DNA of 64,000 bases, from the NCBI GenBank assembly GCA_032718475.1, contig JAUCBJ010008780.1, positions 19,270 through 83,269 on the forward strand, read 5' to 3'. The notes under the pieces were generated by a model. It saw nothing but the letters and a program-made list of their open reading frames with translations, searched no databases and was not told the origin of the DNA. Origin of the DNA: Nemertoderma westbladi. Lineage: Eukaryota > Animalia > Xenacoelomorpha. Below, piece after piece: positions 47,830-60,219 of this stretch (positions within the stretch are counted from its first letter, which is position 1; each line of letters opens with the position of its first letter). The translations under genes and the position numbers were made by a program.

Positions 47830-48255
47830 GTTTAAAGGGACCAGCCAGGGCGTATCTCTGCTATCGTATCTCAGCTGCATTTTTAAGAATGCTGTGCCGG
47901 CTTGTCAACAAAATTGCACCGCCACAACTCCCTATCACCCATGACATTTGCTAGATCATCCGCATCTTTAAGGCCAGTGTCCTTTAAGATGCGTCTCAAG
48001 AAAGTCATGGGCTGTCCACCATGCTTATTCACTCCATGAGGCTGCCAAAGTACAAGATTATGCACTGGCTGGTCCTCACGGCGAAAGCAATGTCCTGCAA
48101 AGCGGAGGCGATTTTGTTTTAGTGTCAAGCTTGGGGGAACCAATGAGACACCTCTAATGTTATATAGTGTCTGGTTGGAGATGTGTGCATTGTACTTGAC
48201 ACAATGAACCCGGCGTAGCATTCTCGTGAATGTGCCATCCAGAGATTTGGTGTCC
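47830..48255 (-). mobile_element. RTE-like LINE 3' end (RT C-terminus)
   Basis: LDGTFTRMLRR...RLRFAGHCFR...DRELWR C-terminal motifs. Confidence 0.82.
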
Positions 48256-50441
48256 TCAGCAGTTAGAGCCCAGCATGGACTCCCGAGGTCCTTGAGACCA
48301 GCGACTTTTGGCTACACGGACCGGCATTTCTCCACAAGGATATGTCACATTGGCCGACCGTCTTTGATTGCAATGTCGGAAGATTACCGACAGAAGCTGA
48401 GATAAAGACGGACAAGCATTGTAAGTCGAAGGCCAAGTCCAACACACAAAGTAAACCTATGGATGAATCATTAGATGCAATGACTGAGATACCTACATGC
48501 GAACTCAATAACACAGACAGCGATTTGGGGCAAGTAGGAGTAAATCAGACTCTGGGTTTTCACTTAGACGAGGACGGAGTCACAACTCCAGAGTCGAACC
48601 GACCCAGCTCGACGATATAATTGCGGACAATGACACCCAGACTGATAGCGATTTCACCTCGCTGGCTTGTATGAAAACAGACGGAAACAGACTTTGTTAA
48701 ACCCAACAGAAATGGTGACTGACGCACAAGTAGTCTATAATTATGACATAAAACTGGACAGACTCATCCCACAACATTACATACATAAGGACGTTGCAGG
48801 AGGTTTAAGGACTCAATTTAAACCAATACCTACAGACAATTTATATTTTCAACCACCATCAAGGGTCGCAAAGAAGGCCTTTGATCGTATGGTAAATCTA
48901 TCATCTTCATGGAACATGGAACATGGAACAAGAACGACAAGTAAGGCCGCATGGTTAAAGCGACTTCTAATGTTCGCAAGTAATAGACAAGAGTACTTAA
49001 ATGGTAAGATTAGTTTCGACCGGCGTTTGTCTCTAAACGAAATAGACGAGGCCGAAATAAATGTAATACGACATTTCCAGCTTCGAGAATTCTCACAGGA
49101 ATTTAGGTTGATTGCAGCAAGGAAGGCTGTGACGTCATCAACACTAACCAAGTGGAGTCCTACTATATATAAAGGGTTGTTATGTCACAAGTCGCGCCTC
49201 CAGGCAGCCAATCTAAAAACAGATTTTCAGTACCCAATCACAATTCCCCGCATTTAGAATTGCAGCGATCCATGATACTTGACGCTCACCTGAAGCTTAG
49301 GCACGCAGGTCGCGGCCATTGTCTATCCATGTTGCGTCATCATTTCATATTGATCAAGCCTACAAAGGCCCTCACCTCAGTCTTGGCCAATTGTATCGCT
49401 TGCAAGAAACTAAATACTCGGTTGGGGGTACAGGAAATGAATAATTTGTCAGCTGCAAGAGTTCAGGCGTACCATCCCCCATTCACAAACACCATGCTCG
49501 ATTGGTTTGGTCCCATCGAGACAGCCCGAGGACGGTCAGTAGTGAAAAGATGGGGGCTGATCCTTACATGCATGGCCACTCGAGCCATACACATCGAACG
49601 CCTTGCTGACATGACTACAAATTCCTTACTTCTGGCTTTAAGTCGATTCATTGCCCGACGTGGGCTTGTAAAAGACTTTTATTCAGACAATGGCACAAAT
49701 TTTGTTGGGGGGAATAACGAAATCAATCGTACCCTTAACAAAATTGACCACAACCAAATAGCAAAACAACTAACCCCTGACCATGTTGAGTGGTACTTTA
49801 ACACCGCAGACAGTTCTTGGCATGGTGGATGCTGGGAACAGCTAATCCGCTCCATAAAGATCGCCATGACAAACACTATACCTGCGAATAAGACACTAAA
49901 TGACGACCAGCTAGTAACTTTGTTTACCGAAATTGAATCGACTCTAAACTCCAGGCCATTGTGTTTAGTACCCGACGGTGATAACGATGTTATTACTTTG
50001 ACACCCAACCACATTCATGTGCAATCTCCGACACCACTGGTGCCTGTATCAATACCCGACGATTCAGACCTTTACTCGCGAAAGAATTGGCGAGTAACAC
50101 AACTGTTAGCCAGCCGGTTCTGGGAGATATGGCTCTGTCATTACTTGCCCACTATCTCTGCCAGAACCAAATGGTACGAATCCTCCCGTAATATGCAAAA
50201 GGGAGATTTCGTGCTGCTCGCTGATGCCAACCTCAAGCGTCGACTATGGATCACTGGTGTCGTAACAGACGTACACACAGCACTCGACGGAGTTGTAAGA
50301 ACTGTAACTGTTAGGACACGTAACCTTCAGGTAATAAAAAGGCCAGTACAGAAACTAGTCCTACTAGAGGAGACGCATGATGCAACCGGTGATTATAAAG
50401 TTATTAAACTTCCATTGACGTACTGTAATAAACGCCCATAA
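48256..50441 (+). pseudogene. pol: BEL/Pao pol 3' part (RNase H end, integrase), element E
   Basis: FWLHGPAFL, H.KLRHAG..CIAC, DWFGP, SDNGTNF, WHGGCWEQL, RPVQKLVLL; frameshifted; PPT-like GGAGCGG at ~50561. Confidence 0.9.
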
Positions 50442-51874
50442 CCTCACTATATCCAGTACATTACATTTCATTTGGTCGAGGCCATCAGACCAATCCATTT
50501 TCCCTACGTGTAAATTTCCTGTCTGATATGTGTATTGTATTGTATATCCTGCATACACATAGGAGCGGTATATTATATGTTGGAAAAATTTAAAATTTTG
50601 TTGGTATTTTGAAAAGTTAAAGATAGAAGGACTGTACCAATAAAAAAAAAAAAATAAATAAAATTAGTAAAATGTTATCAATATTTTAAAATTATAGCGC
50701 TCAAGAAAGCCGATCTCGCATGTACCCGGGCCAACAGTGCAACGACCTCCCGGTCAAATCCGAACGCCCAAGCGTACCAAAACACGCGTTACCCGGGGTC
50801 TGCTGAATAGTCATTCCTTTTTAAAAATGGGATTGCACAACACAAAATCTTTTCTCTGTTGAAAAATATCTCAACTAAATGTTTACGAATTTATTTTACC
50901 TGCTAATCCTGTTTTTTATCTTCTATTTGGCTAGGCCTAACCCGTATTGTCTCTTTATTTTATACTCGATCAAAACAAACTGACTTTCAATACTAGCCTG
51001 CAGCCAGTCGTCCAAAAAATTATTATCACTAAATTAAAATCCTTCCCTAAAATTTATAAGTCAGTCAATTTCACAGTGGGGCTTAACTTGGTTTTTGGCA
51101 AAGGTTGGACCCCGTTCATGAAAATAAGTTTTTTGAGCTTAGTTGGTCCCCTAATGTAAAAATTCACAAAAATTAAAATATTTCATGGGTGGCTTTTTAT
51201 ATTAAAACTATTTAAGTAATTATTTAATACTAATCATATTACTAAATTTCATCACTTACTCCCCCAAACATATTGACAGGTTTATTTTGCTCCATTGGTG
51301 TCACATTGTACAAAAAATAAAAAAATTTAAAATTTCATGGGTGGCTTTTAATATAAATGCTATTTAATTATTTATTTAATACTAAATATTATTACCTTTA
51401 ACAAAGGATGTTACCCCATTCCTGAAAACACGTTTTTTGGCTCTAATCATGTCTCGATGAATAAAATATAAAAAATGAGAAAGTTTCATGGGTGGCTTTT
51501 AATATAAATGCTATTTAATTATTTATTTAATACTAAATATTATTACCTTTAACTAAGGATGTTTGTTACCCCATCCCATACATGAAAAAAGTTTGTTTGG
51601 CTCCAAGCATGTCTTGGTGAATAAAATATAAAACATTAGAAAGTTTCATGGGTGGCTTTTAATATAAATGCTATTTAATTATTTATTTAATGCTAAATAT
51701 TATTACATTTAACAAAGGATGATTGGTACTCTTTCCCATACGTTAAAACTAGTTTTTTGGCTTCAAGCATGCCTTGATGAATAAAATATACAAAATTAGA
51801 AAGTTTCCTGGGTGGCGTTTAATAAAACAACTATTTTATTATTCAATTAATACTAAATATTATTACTTATATAT

Positions 51875-52173
51875 GTGTAATATTATGGGTTTGTTCAGAA
51901 GTGGAAAAAATGGGAGCGCGTCACCGGGGGTTGAACCAGCGCTATACGTACGTTTCGGCCTAACAGGCCTCATCAGTAGCGCTAACCAGCTCAGCCACTA
52001 GCCCCTGACACTCACAGTCCCACCTAATCCACTTCTATTGAACGGGCAGTCTTAAGTTGCATATATTCTATCTCTAACAGCGGACCTAACGGCCTCAAAT
52101 ATAGCGCTGGTTCAACCCCCGGTGACGCGCTTTCTCATTTTTTCCACTTCTGAACAAACCCATAATATTACAC
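51875..52173. mobile_element. Penelope-like / SINE-like insert with ~70-bp inverted arms
   Basis: 51875-51946 is inverted at 52100-52173; contains a hammerhead and A/B boxes. Confidence 0.65.
51938..51983 (-). ncRNA. Minimal type I hammerhead ribozyme
   Basis: AGCGCTA-CTGATGA-GGCCT-GTT-AGGCC-GAAA-CGTACG-TA-TAGCGCT: complete core, 7-bp stem I, 5-bp stem II, palindromic stem III. Confidence 0.9.
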
Positions 52174-53789
52174 CTTTAATTACAGTTGCAACAGCTCATC
52201 TCCAATTTATTTAATTACTTATATATATATATATATATATATAGTATATAAGCCCATTCTTTATACAATGAAGGACTAGCGTAGATCAGCAGTTGGAAGA
52301 TATGGACCAGTCCACAATCTTCATAAAAAATCCCATATTTTCAAACATTTTATCTATAATCTATGTATTTATTTACTTTTTTATTCATATAATTCCTCAA
52401 CTGGTGGTCAGCAACATTGTATCAATAATCATTGTGTCTTACCTACAACTGTACTGAGTAGTTGTAGGTAATAAGACACAATGTGTACTCTCTCTATATA
52501 ATTGTTTATTTATCTTACCAATCAAACCAACCGAACCAACCATATATTAGTAGAACATCAGTAGGTATAATCTTTCACATTATTCACGGATGGATGCACA
52601 CACCTCCTATACTACATTATAATATAAAATAACAGCTACATTAGTTCATGATTGTTCTTAGTCTTGGGTATAGATATACAGTATGCTTCAGTTTAAGGCA
52701 TATTTTTCATTCATTCATTTTTAAGTGGTTCTTAAGTTAAATATAAAATACATTTAAGAACATCGATCTTATTATAAATTTATAAAACATCATAAACTAT
52801 TTAATTTTATTTCTTACATAATCTTACACACTGCCTATAATGGTGCGCCATTATCTGATATACCTTAATGTATACATGTATATAGTCTAATGTTGTTAGT
52901 GGACTGAAATGTTTATTTCGTTCCTGAAAAATGCCACATCATTCTAAGATTGGGTTAATTTTCTGAACAAGCAACATTTTCTTGAAAAACATGGTCGAAG
53001 TATAAAGTTTTAGAAAGTCATCCAAGATACGCAAATTAGCTACTTCAAGCAGTTAAGGAATATAATTCGAAACATGTATGAACTATTTTTGGTTTATAAT
53101 GGAGTATACTGTATATCAAAATAATTACATATATTTAGTATTAATTGGATAAATAAATAGTTGTATTATTAAAAATTACCAATGAAACTTTCTAATTTTT
53201 TGTATTATAATCATCAAGATATGCTTGGAGCCAAAAAAACTTGTTTTCATGAATGGGATAGGGTACCAAACATCCTTTGTTAAAGGTAATAATATTTAGT
53301 ATTAAATAAATAATTAAATATAATTTATATTAAAAGCCACCCATGAAACTTTCTAATTTTTTATATTTTATTCATCGAGACATGATTAGAGCAAAATAAC
53401 TTGTTTTCATGAATGGGGTAACATCCTTTGTTAAAGGTAATAATATTTAGTATTAAATAAATAATTAAATAGCATTATATTAAAAGCCACCCATGAAATT
53501 TTAAATTTTTTTATTTTGTGTACAATGTGACACCAATGGAGCAAAATAAATCTGTCAATTTGTTTGGGGGAGTAAGTGATGAAATTTAGTAATATGATTA
53601 GTATTAAATAATTACTTAAATAGTATTAATTTAAAAAGCCACCCATGAAATATTTTAATTTTTGTCAATTTTTACATTAGGGGACCAACTAAGCTCAAAA
53701 AACTTATTTTCATGAACGGGGTCCAACCTTTGCCAAAAACCAAGTTAAGCCCCACTGTGATTTGTTCGATTCGTCGATATTGTTCCATG

Positions 53790-55525
53790 AAGATGATAGA
53801 TTTAACATACGATCAAAGGCCTTCTTTGCGACCCTTGATGGTGGTGCAAAATATAAATTGTCTAAATTGTCCCAGGTATTGGTTTAAATTGAGTCCTTAA
53901 ACCTCCCGCAACGTCCTTATGTATGTAATGTTGAGGGAGAAGTCTGTCCGGTTTTATGTCATAATTATAAACTATTTGTGCATCAGTCACCATTTCTGAT
54001 GGGTTTAACCTACCGCGTCTGTTTTCAGCTGTCATACAAGCAGGCGAGGTGAAATCGCTATCAGTCTGGGTGTCATTGTCCGCAATTATATTGTCAAGCT
54101 GGGTCGGTTCGACTCTGGAGTTGTGACTCCATCCTCGACTAAGCGAAAACCCAGAGACTGATTTACTCCTACTTGCCCCAAATCGCTCGGCCAATGTGAC
54201 ATATCCTTGCGGAGAAATGCCGGTCCGTGTAGCCAAAAGTCGGTGGTCTCAACCTGGCAGAACTTGCTCGGCATCATCCCCCGAGATGAAATGTCAGTGG
54301 GGCTCTGAGTTCGCCGGGATAATACCGCCAGTCCTCCTTGATGGAATAATCGAGGATTCCGGCTCGTCGGTTTGCGACAAATGTTTTAAACTGGATCTTA
54401 TTTTGGTTTATATACATTAAAACTAATGTCGCATCTGTCCAGTATGTTGTCCTCAGAGTTGCCCCAAGTTCGCGATTTACGAGTTTTGATACGGTGACGG
54501 CGAGCACGGCGGCTTGCAACTCAGCCCTAAGGATTGTCATATACCGCAATGGATGGTTTTTGCCCTAGAGTTTACGAATGACGTCTCATATGATCCAGGC
54601 GCAATCTCGCGGCGAAGGTAAGCCACTACACCGAGGCCGTGATCACTTGCATCGCTACAGCAATGGAGCTCGAGATGTTCAGGAAAGTCTAATTGGTTTG
54701 GAAAATAAACTCGTCGTTTGTAAGCAAGGAAGTTGTTTCTCCCAAACTCTCCACTGATCCTCGTGTTCCTTTGGGATTGGATCATCCCACTCGATACCTG
54801 CCTGCCAGATAGCGCTCAAATAAATTCTCGCCTGTAGTATTACAGGGCTGATGAAGCAGAGGGGATCGAACAATCTGCTCATCATTGACAGGCAGATGCG
54901 CTTGGTGAGTTGCTCATTTGGTTCGACTCGCACTCCCACCTGAAAATTATCTACGTTTGGGTTCCACGCGAGTCCAAGAACCTTGGAAACAGGCACTGGC
55001 TCGAACTCGAGTTCGATATTACCGCTCCCATGTTCTTCTTCTGGGAAAGATTCAGCAAGTGAGGCAGATTTGGATACAAACTTCTTCAGTTTAAATCCGC
55101 CACCCACTAAGCAGTCCTGTAAGTCGTGAGCTATGTTAATGGCTTGCTCCTCAGTGTCACAGATCTTTAAGCCATCATCTGCATAAAAGTTGTGTTGAAC
55201 TGTGTGTATTACATCGGCAGCGAACTTATCTGCTTGTCTCTTTGCTGTTTCTTTAATGACAAACAGCGCACTGTCCTGGCTATCTCGGGCCCCGAAAATC
55301 CGCACTTTCATCTGGTATTTGGTTGGCTCACCGGATATATCCTTTTTTGGATACCAAAGAAAGCGCAGACATCGCAGTCCTCGGCCAATGCATGGACCTG
55401 ATGGTACATCGCCTCCACGTCGCATGTGAAGGCGAATAGCCGTTGTCTGAAACGCATAAGAATCCCAATAAGATTATTATTGAGATTCGGTCCATCCATT
55501 AGCTCACTGTTGAGGGACATCCCGC
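53790..55525 (-). pseudogene. pol: BEL/Pao pol fragment (RT, RNase H); 3' part is an inverted copy of 48290-48900
   Basis: GMSLNSELMDGPNL, CDVEAMYHQV, FYADDG, LHCCSDAS, LRAELQAA. Confidence 0.9.
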
Positions 55526-56479
55526 GATATTTATTTAGCAGCGCAGTCATTTACCACATGTACTCTACTCAGAGTCTCTACTCAGGCATCTTGCGCAAAT
55601 GTCAGAATACAGAAATGAAATATAATTACATAATTCAGAAGTTTATTTTGTTTTGATGTGTATTGCCTAGTATGATTACTGCAGAATATGAAAACTATTT
55701 ATAATATTGTAATTCTAAAGACTGAAACTGGAAACTATGAAAAACTACTACACCACATTAATAATGTGGGCTTATATAGTAATCGAATAATGTCGTCATT
55801 GCCGGAAGTGACGACACCAAATTTTCCTAGCAACAACATATAAATGATAAACTATTGGTCCAGCAAATATATTGTATACAGCAGCGGTAAATTTAAATTT
55901 CAGTAATTGATATAAAATATAATACCGCTCCAGGATCACGATATTCTGAACGCTATCGTGATCCTCCAGACAAACAAACAAATAATGAATAATATTAGAG
56001 CGAATAATTGAATAATAATAATTATGCACTTAAAAATACTCACTGATATTACTTACAACAAACAAAAAAAATATTATCTACTGTGAGGATCGAACTCTCG
56101 ACCTGTCCCAGTGCTACCTGGCACTAAGTTACCAAGCCACTCGGTAGGCCGAGTAGAAAATAGCTTTCCTAATACAATAAACATTTATTTCCAATAGAGA
56201 ATCAAAAAAAGTTTAACGATGTTGTTTGTTAATTCAAAAATGAAATATTACACAATTCTTTCCTTAGCACAAATCACTTTCTGGCAACTTATATAACTAT
56301 AAAAAAGGCAAATAAGTGATTTTACTAAGTAAATAACAAATTATTGCAATAATGATCCTTCATCGAAATTAATAAATATAAACAAAATACGCGGCTTAAT
56401 AAACCATTATCTATAATTAAGGTTTTCAAATTATTAGAAAATACTACTCGTATATAATTCAACTTACGTACTAAATTAA

Positions 56480-56592
56480 CAAATAATTCTTTCAATCATA
56501 CGTAAACTTTGATATTTACAATAATTCTTCAAACGTACGTAAACTTTGATATTTACAATAATTCTTCAAACGTACGTAAACTTTGATATTGA
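56480..56592. repeat. ~38-bp tandem repeat x3
   Basis: CAATAATTCTTCAAACGTACGTAAACTTTGATATTTA units. Confidence 0.85.
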
Positions 56593-56594
56593 TA

Positions 56595-57164
56595 TCAATA
56601 TATATTAATTATATTAATAAATAAGGCTTCTCTTAAGCAGTCAACGTTCCCATGACCCGGTAACGTTACCATCGGCAAGTACCGAATGGCTTCTCGCGCT
56701 TCTGGATGATCTACCAACATCGCAGCTTTGTTACTACATGAATAATACACTGTCCTAGGTTGAGATATAGCTTGTGGAACAAATCCAGTAATCCTCCTCG
56801 TCTCTTCCTGGTGTCTATCCGCAGTCTTATTGAACTCGGCTAAGCCTTCCACGAAAAGTTGTTTCGCCTTTGTCGCTCGTTCTTCTTGTCGTAATGTGTC
56901 TATCTCGTCCTGGTGCTCAGGCGTGAGCTTCTGCTCCTGATGTGGCGAAGTGAATGTTGAACAGGGACTCGAGAGTTTCAAACCTGTGGGTTTGGTGCTC
57001 AAGTCCCATGCCGCTTCGCGCCGCGCCTCCAGATCTTTGTACGCTCGACAAAGCAAAACGGCCGCTGTCGTTTCTATTAAGGCGGGAGTTGTACAATGTT
57101 TAATCTCCATGTATGGATCAAAGGTCGTAACGGTCAGCCTAACAGGCCTTGGGGTCTCTTTCAA
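56595..57164 (-). CDS. Unknown ORF fragment (189 aa)
   Basis: GC-richer open frame between AT-rich DNA and a BEL fragment; no recognised motif. Confidence 0.3.
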   Translation of the reverse strand: MKETPRPVRLTVTTFDPYMEIKHCTTPALIETTAAVLLCRAYKDLEARREAAWDLSTKPTGLKLSSPCSTFTSPHQEQKLTPEHQDEIDTLRQEERATKAKQLFVEGLAEFNKTADRHQEETRRITGFVPQAISQPRTVYYSCSNKAAMLVDHPEAREAIRYLPMVTLPGHGNVDCLREALFINIINIY

Positions 57165-57199
57165 AATCGATGCTTATCATTGGATTACTCATCGGGTAA

Positions 57200-59740
57200 C
57201 CTCCTTAGTTGTTCCTAAGAATATATAACAAGAATTGGATTCCCATAGGCCCCTTGTGGTTTGAAACATCGAGGAAACAAAAGATCCTCCAAGTTAAATA
57301 AGTTTTTGAAAAAAACTAATCCACTCTAATTTGAGCTCTCCGATGATCGGTTCATCCCACTGTGAAGAAGAATTCAAATCATTGTTGATAGATTTTCTCA
57401 TCATGCAATGATTTCTTAAAATGACTTTACCACCTACCGAAACGGGAACAACAAACTCCATTGGGTCATAGAGTCGAGCCATTAGACCGACTAAAATTCT
57501 GAGAGTCAAATCCATTTCACACAACATCAAAATCAACTCATCAATACCACCAATATCCTTGATCTTCTTATCTGGTTTGTTAGATAATTTAAGCTGTACC
57601 TTAAACCTAAAGTTATCTCCTTTGGTATCCCATATCATCCCCAAAAACTTTTCAGAATCTGGTTGTAGAACATTAAGTTCCTTATAGTATGAATTACTAC
57701 AGGACATTCCTCTTGGTCATTTATTCCATCAAAAATCCAATGTTTGACAAAAAAACCGCCACGTCCCAGCAGTTTTTTTGTATCCTTCGCTAAATCGATT
57801 AGATCACTTTGCTAGTCTTCAGATGTCATCAAATCATCAACATTGCATTGCATTTAATACCCATTGCTGCAGTGTTGTGATTTGCTTGTGTTGCTATACC
57901 TCCACTAGGTTTATCGCCAAATCCAACAGCTGTTAACATGTAATGATCAGGTGGACTATTAATCTCCATATTCCTCCATAGAAAACGATGAACATGTTGA
58001 TCCATCAAGCACATGTTTACGGAATTATTCATTTTTTTATAATATCTCCAACAAGAGCAATGTATCCTTGCCGAAAGCGAATTAATATTTCCATTAAATT
58101 TTTTACTAGATTGGTTCCTTTAGCCCAGTACTCATTCAAAACATGACCCATATAAGATGATGATGAATTAAATACTATCCTTATTGGTGTTGATTGTGAA
58201 TCCGGTATTAAAACTTCATGATGAGGGATATAATGTATCGGCCCATAGTATTTTATAATCTCACTATTACTTAATTTTCGGGCGACCTTTCTCTGTATCA
58301 TGTCCTTTATTTGATCGTCGTACAATTTAGCATACTCTAGTCCCATTTTGCTAAGGCGATTCTCTGTAGATCTTAATCTAGCTACTGCCACATTCACATT
58401 GTTCGGTAGAATAGACGGACTTTTTATCCATGGGTACCTAATTGTCCACTTTTCAGATTACTGGTTATAGGAAAGTCCATCCCTTATGAGTGCCATTCCC
58501 CATTCTGCTTCATTAGTGCAGTTGCTGTTCCCAATGGCACACCTTCCACATTTACATGACCCACATTTGGGAATACACTGAGTTCCCAAGCTTTCAACAT
58601 CAAACATTTCTCGAAGTTCATCTACAAGCCTACTATCCGATACTATCATATGATTACTATTAGACCTTGTAACCTTGCTCTCCACTACAACTACAAACTA
58701 CACTCTCCAGGATTTGGCATATTCAGGATTGGATGATTCCCTCTCAGGCAGAATCCAAATTGATTATTCAATAATTGCAAATTGTGTGATTGAGCTACAA
58801 CCCTGGGCAATAGCTTACAACAATCTGAGCCTATTAATAGGTCAACTGCACCACTGGACCTTTCAATTTCTTGAAGAGATATACCTGGAAAGAAAGAAGT
58901 TACCTTTGCCACATCTATTCGTGTTATATTCGCGGTAAATTCCAGCATGCCATAAATTCTCACATACCAAGTGACACCATATGCATCTAATAAAGGGACT
59001 ATATATTCCTTACTAACTAATTTGTCTGTAACATTCCCAACTTTCGTAACATGTAAGATAACTTCCTTTCCATTCAATCCAAGTCGTTTGGCAGTACTGT
59101 GTGTTATGTGAGAAAAATTAGCGCCTGAATCCCACAACACCGTGAGAAATTGTCCATTGCATTTAACTTTGCTTAAAGGAATAAGAACGCCATTATTTGA
59201 AACGTCGTTGTTTATAATTTTCAGAGAAGTGTGGAGTGATACTCTATCATTTCCTGTCCTACGAAGTAATGGGTGGTGAATTTTGCCACACCTCAGATTG
59301 TGACCAAAAATCAATTCACATGGTTTACGTTGTGTACAATTTCGTGATAGGTGACTTAATTGTAAACAACTGAAACAACCTCCCTTTCTACGGAGATCAT
59401 CCAATCTTTGTTCTACATTTAATCTTCGGAAAATTTCACATCATGCCGTATCATGCACATTAGAATTATGATACCAACAATATTTATTGTAATTAGTGAA
59501 TGTCAAATTTTGAGTTCTATTTCTTTCTGGAAAACCTTGTGATTTATTCCATTCTGGGAAATGTGATCTACATATCTTGAACTTGTCCTTGTGAACCGTA
59601 AACAATTTGGGCAACCTGGGCCAATCCTTCAACAATCTTGTTCATTACTGATTGATTATTCTGTAACTGTTCAGTAAAAGTTGTGAAATTCTCATGTGGA
59701 TTTTCATCCTGACTATTGCTTGTTGAGGGGTGGATAAGTC
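57200..59740 (-). pseudogene. Divergent BEL/Pao gag-PR-RT fragment (element F)
   Basis: CFSCLQLSHLSRNC, LWDSGA, CIPKCGSCKCGRC, YIPHHEV, PIRIVFNSS, FGDKPSG, LYDPM; many stops. Confidence 0.88.
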
Positions 59741-60219
59741 TCACCAGTTAAATGGTTTATGCGCCCTTTGCCCCCCCCCCCCCCCCCCCCCCCCCAGACA
59801 ATCACTACCTGCTTTATTATTTATCAAACACACTTACAGATATTAAAACCCACCCACTCCAGATGCCCAGCAACAGCAGAGTAAACATACAATAGCTGCC
59901 TCTACTCCTGTCTACCTACCAGTATTAAATTACAATGTATCTGGCAGGCAGGAGGCCATTGGCATTTTGGTCATAAATCATTATTGTTTTGAGTTTCAAT
60001 TTAATTAATTATTTCCATATTTTGTACTCCCGTCTCCATTAGAGATTAAATAACAGGTGTGGGTGTGCGTGCATGGTTTGTACAAAATTATAAATATACA
60101 GTAGTGATGTTTAATACTTGTAAAAATTATTCCAATTAATGTAATGTGTCCTTTATTAATATTTTTTATATATAAATTTAAAGTAGGACCATTTTATATT
60201 GCAAACTGAAACTGATACA

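Larger units (their letters stand above)
51072..53759. mobile_element. Chapaev-type (CMC) non-autonomous DNA transposon with long TIRs
   Basis: CACAGTGGGG...CCCCACTGTG termini, >500-bp inverted arms with internal tandem subrepeats, 4-bp TSD ATTT. Confidence 0.85.

Noticed and set aside
51072-51100. RSS-like heptamer plus nonamer
   Set aside because: The nonamer-like GGTTTTTGG is in the wrong orientation for an RSS and the TSD is 4 bp, favouring Chapaev over RAG/Transib.
56078-56155. tRNA/SINE-like head on the minus strand (B box AGTTCGATCC, small hairpins)
   Set aside because: A box is weak and there is no second copy in the window; insufficient support.
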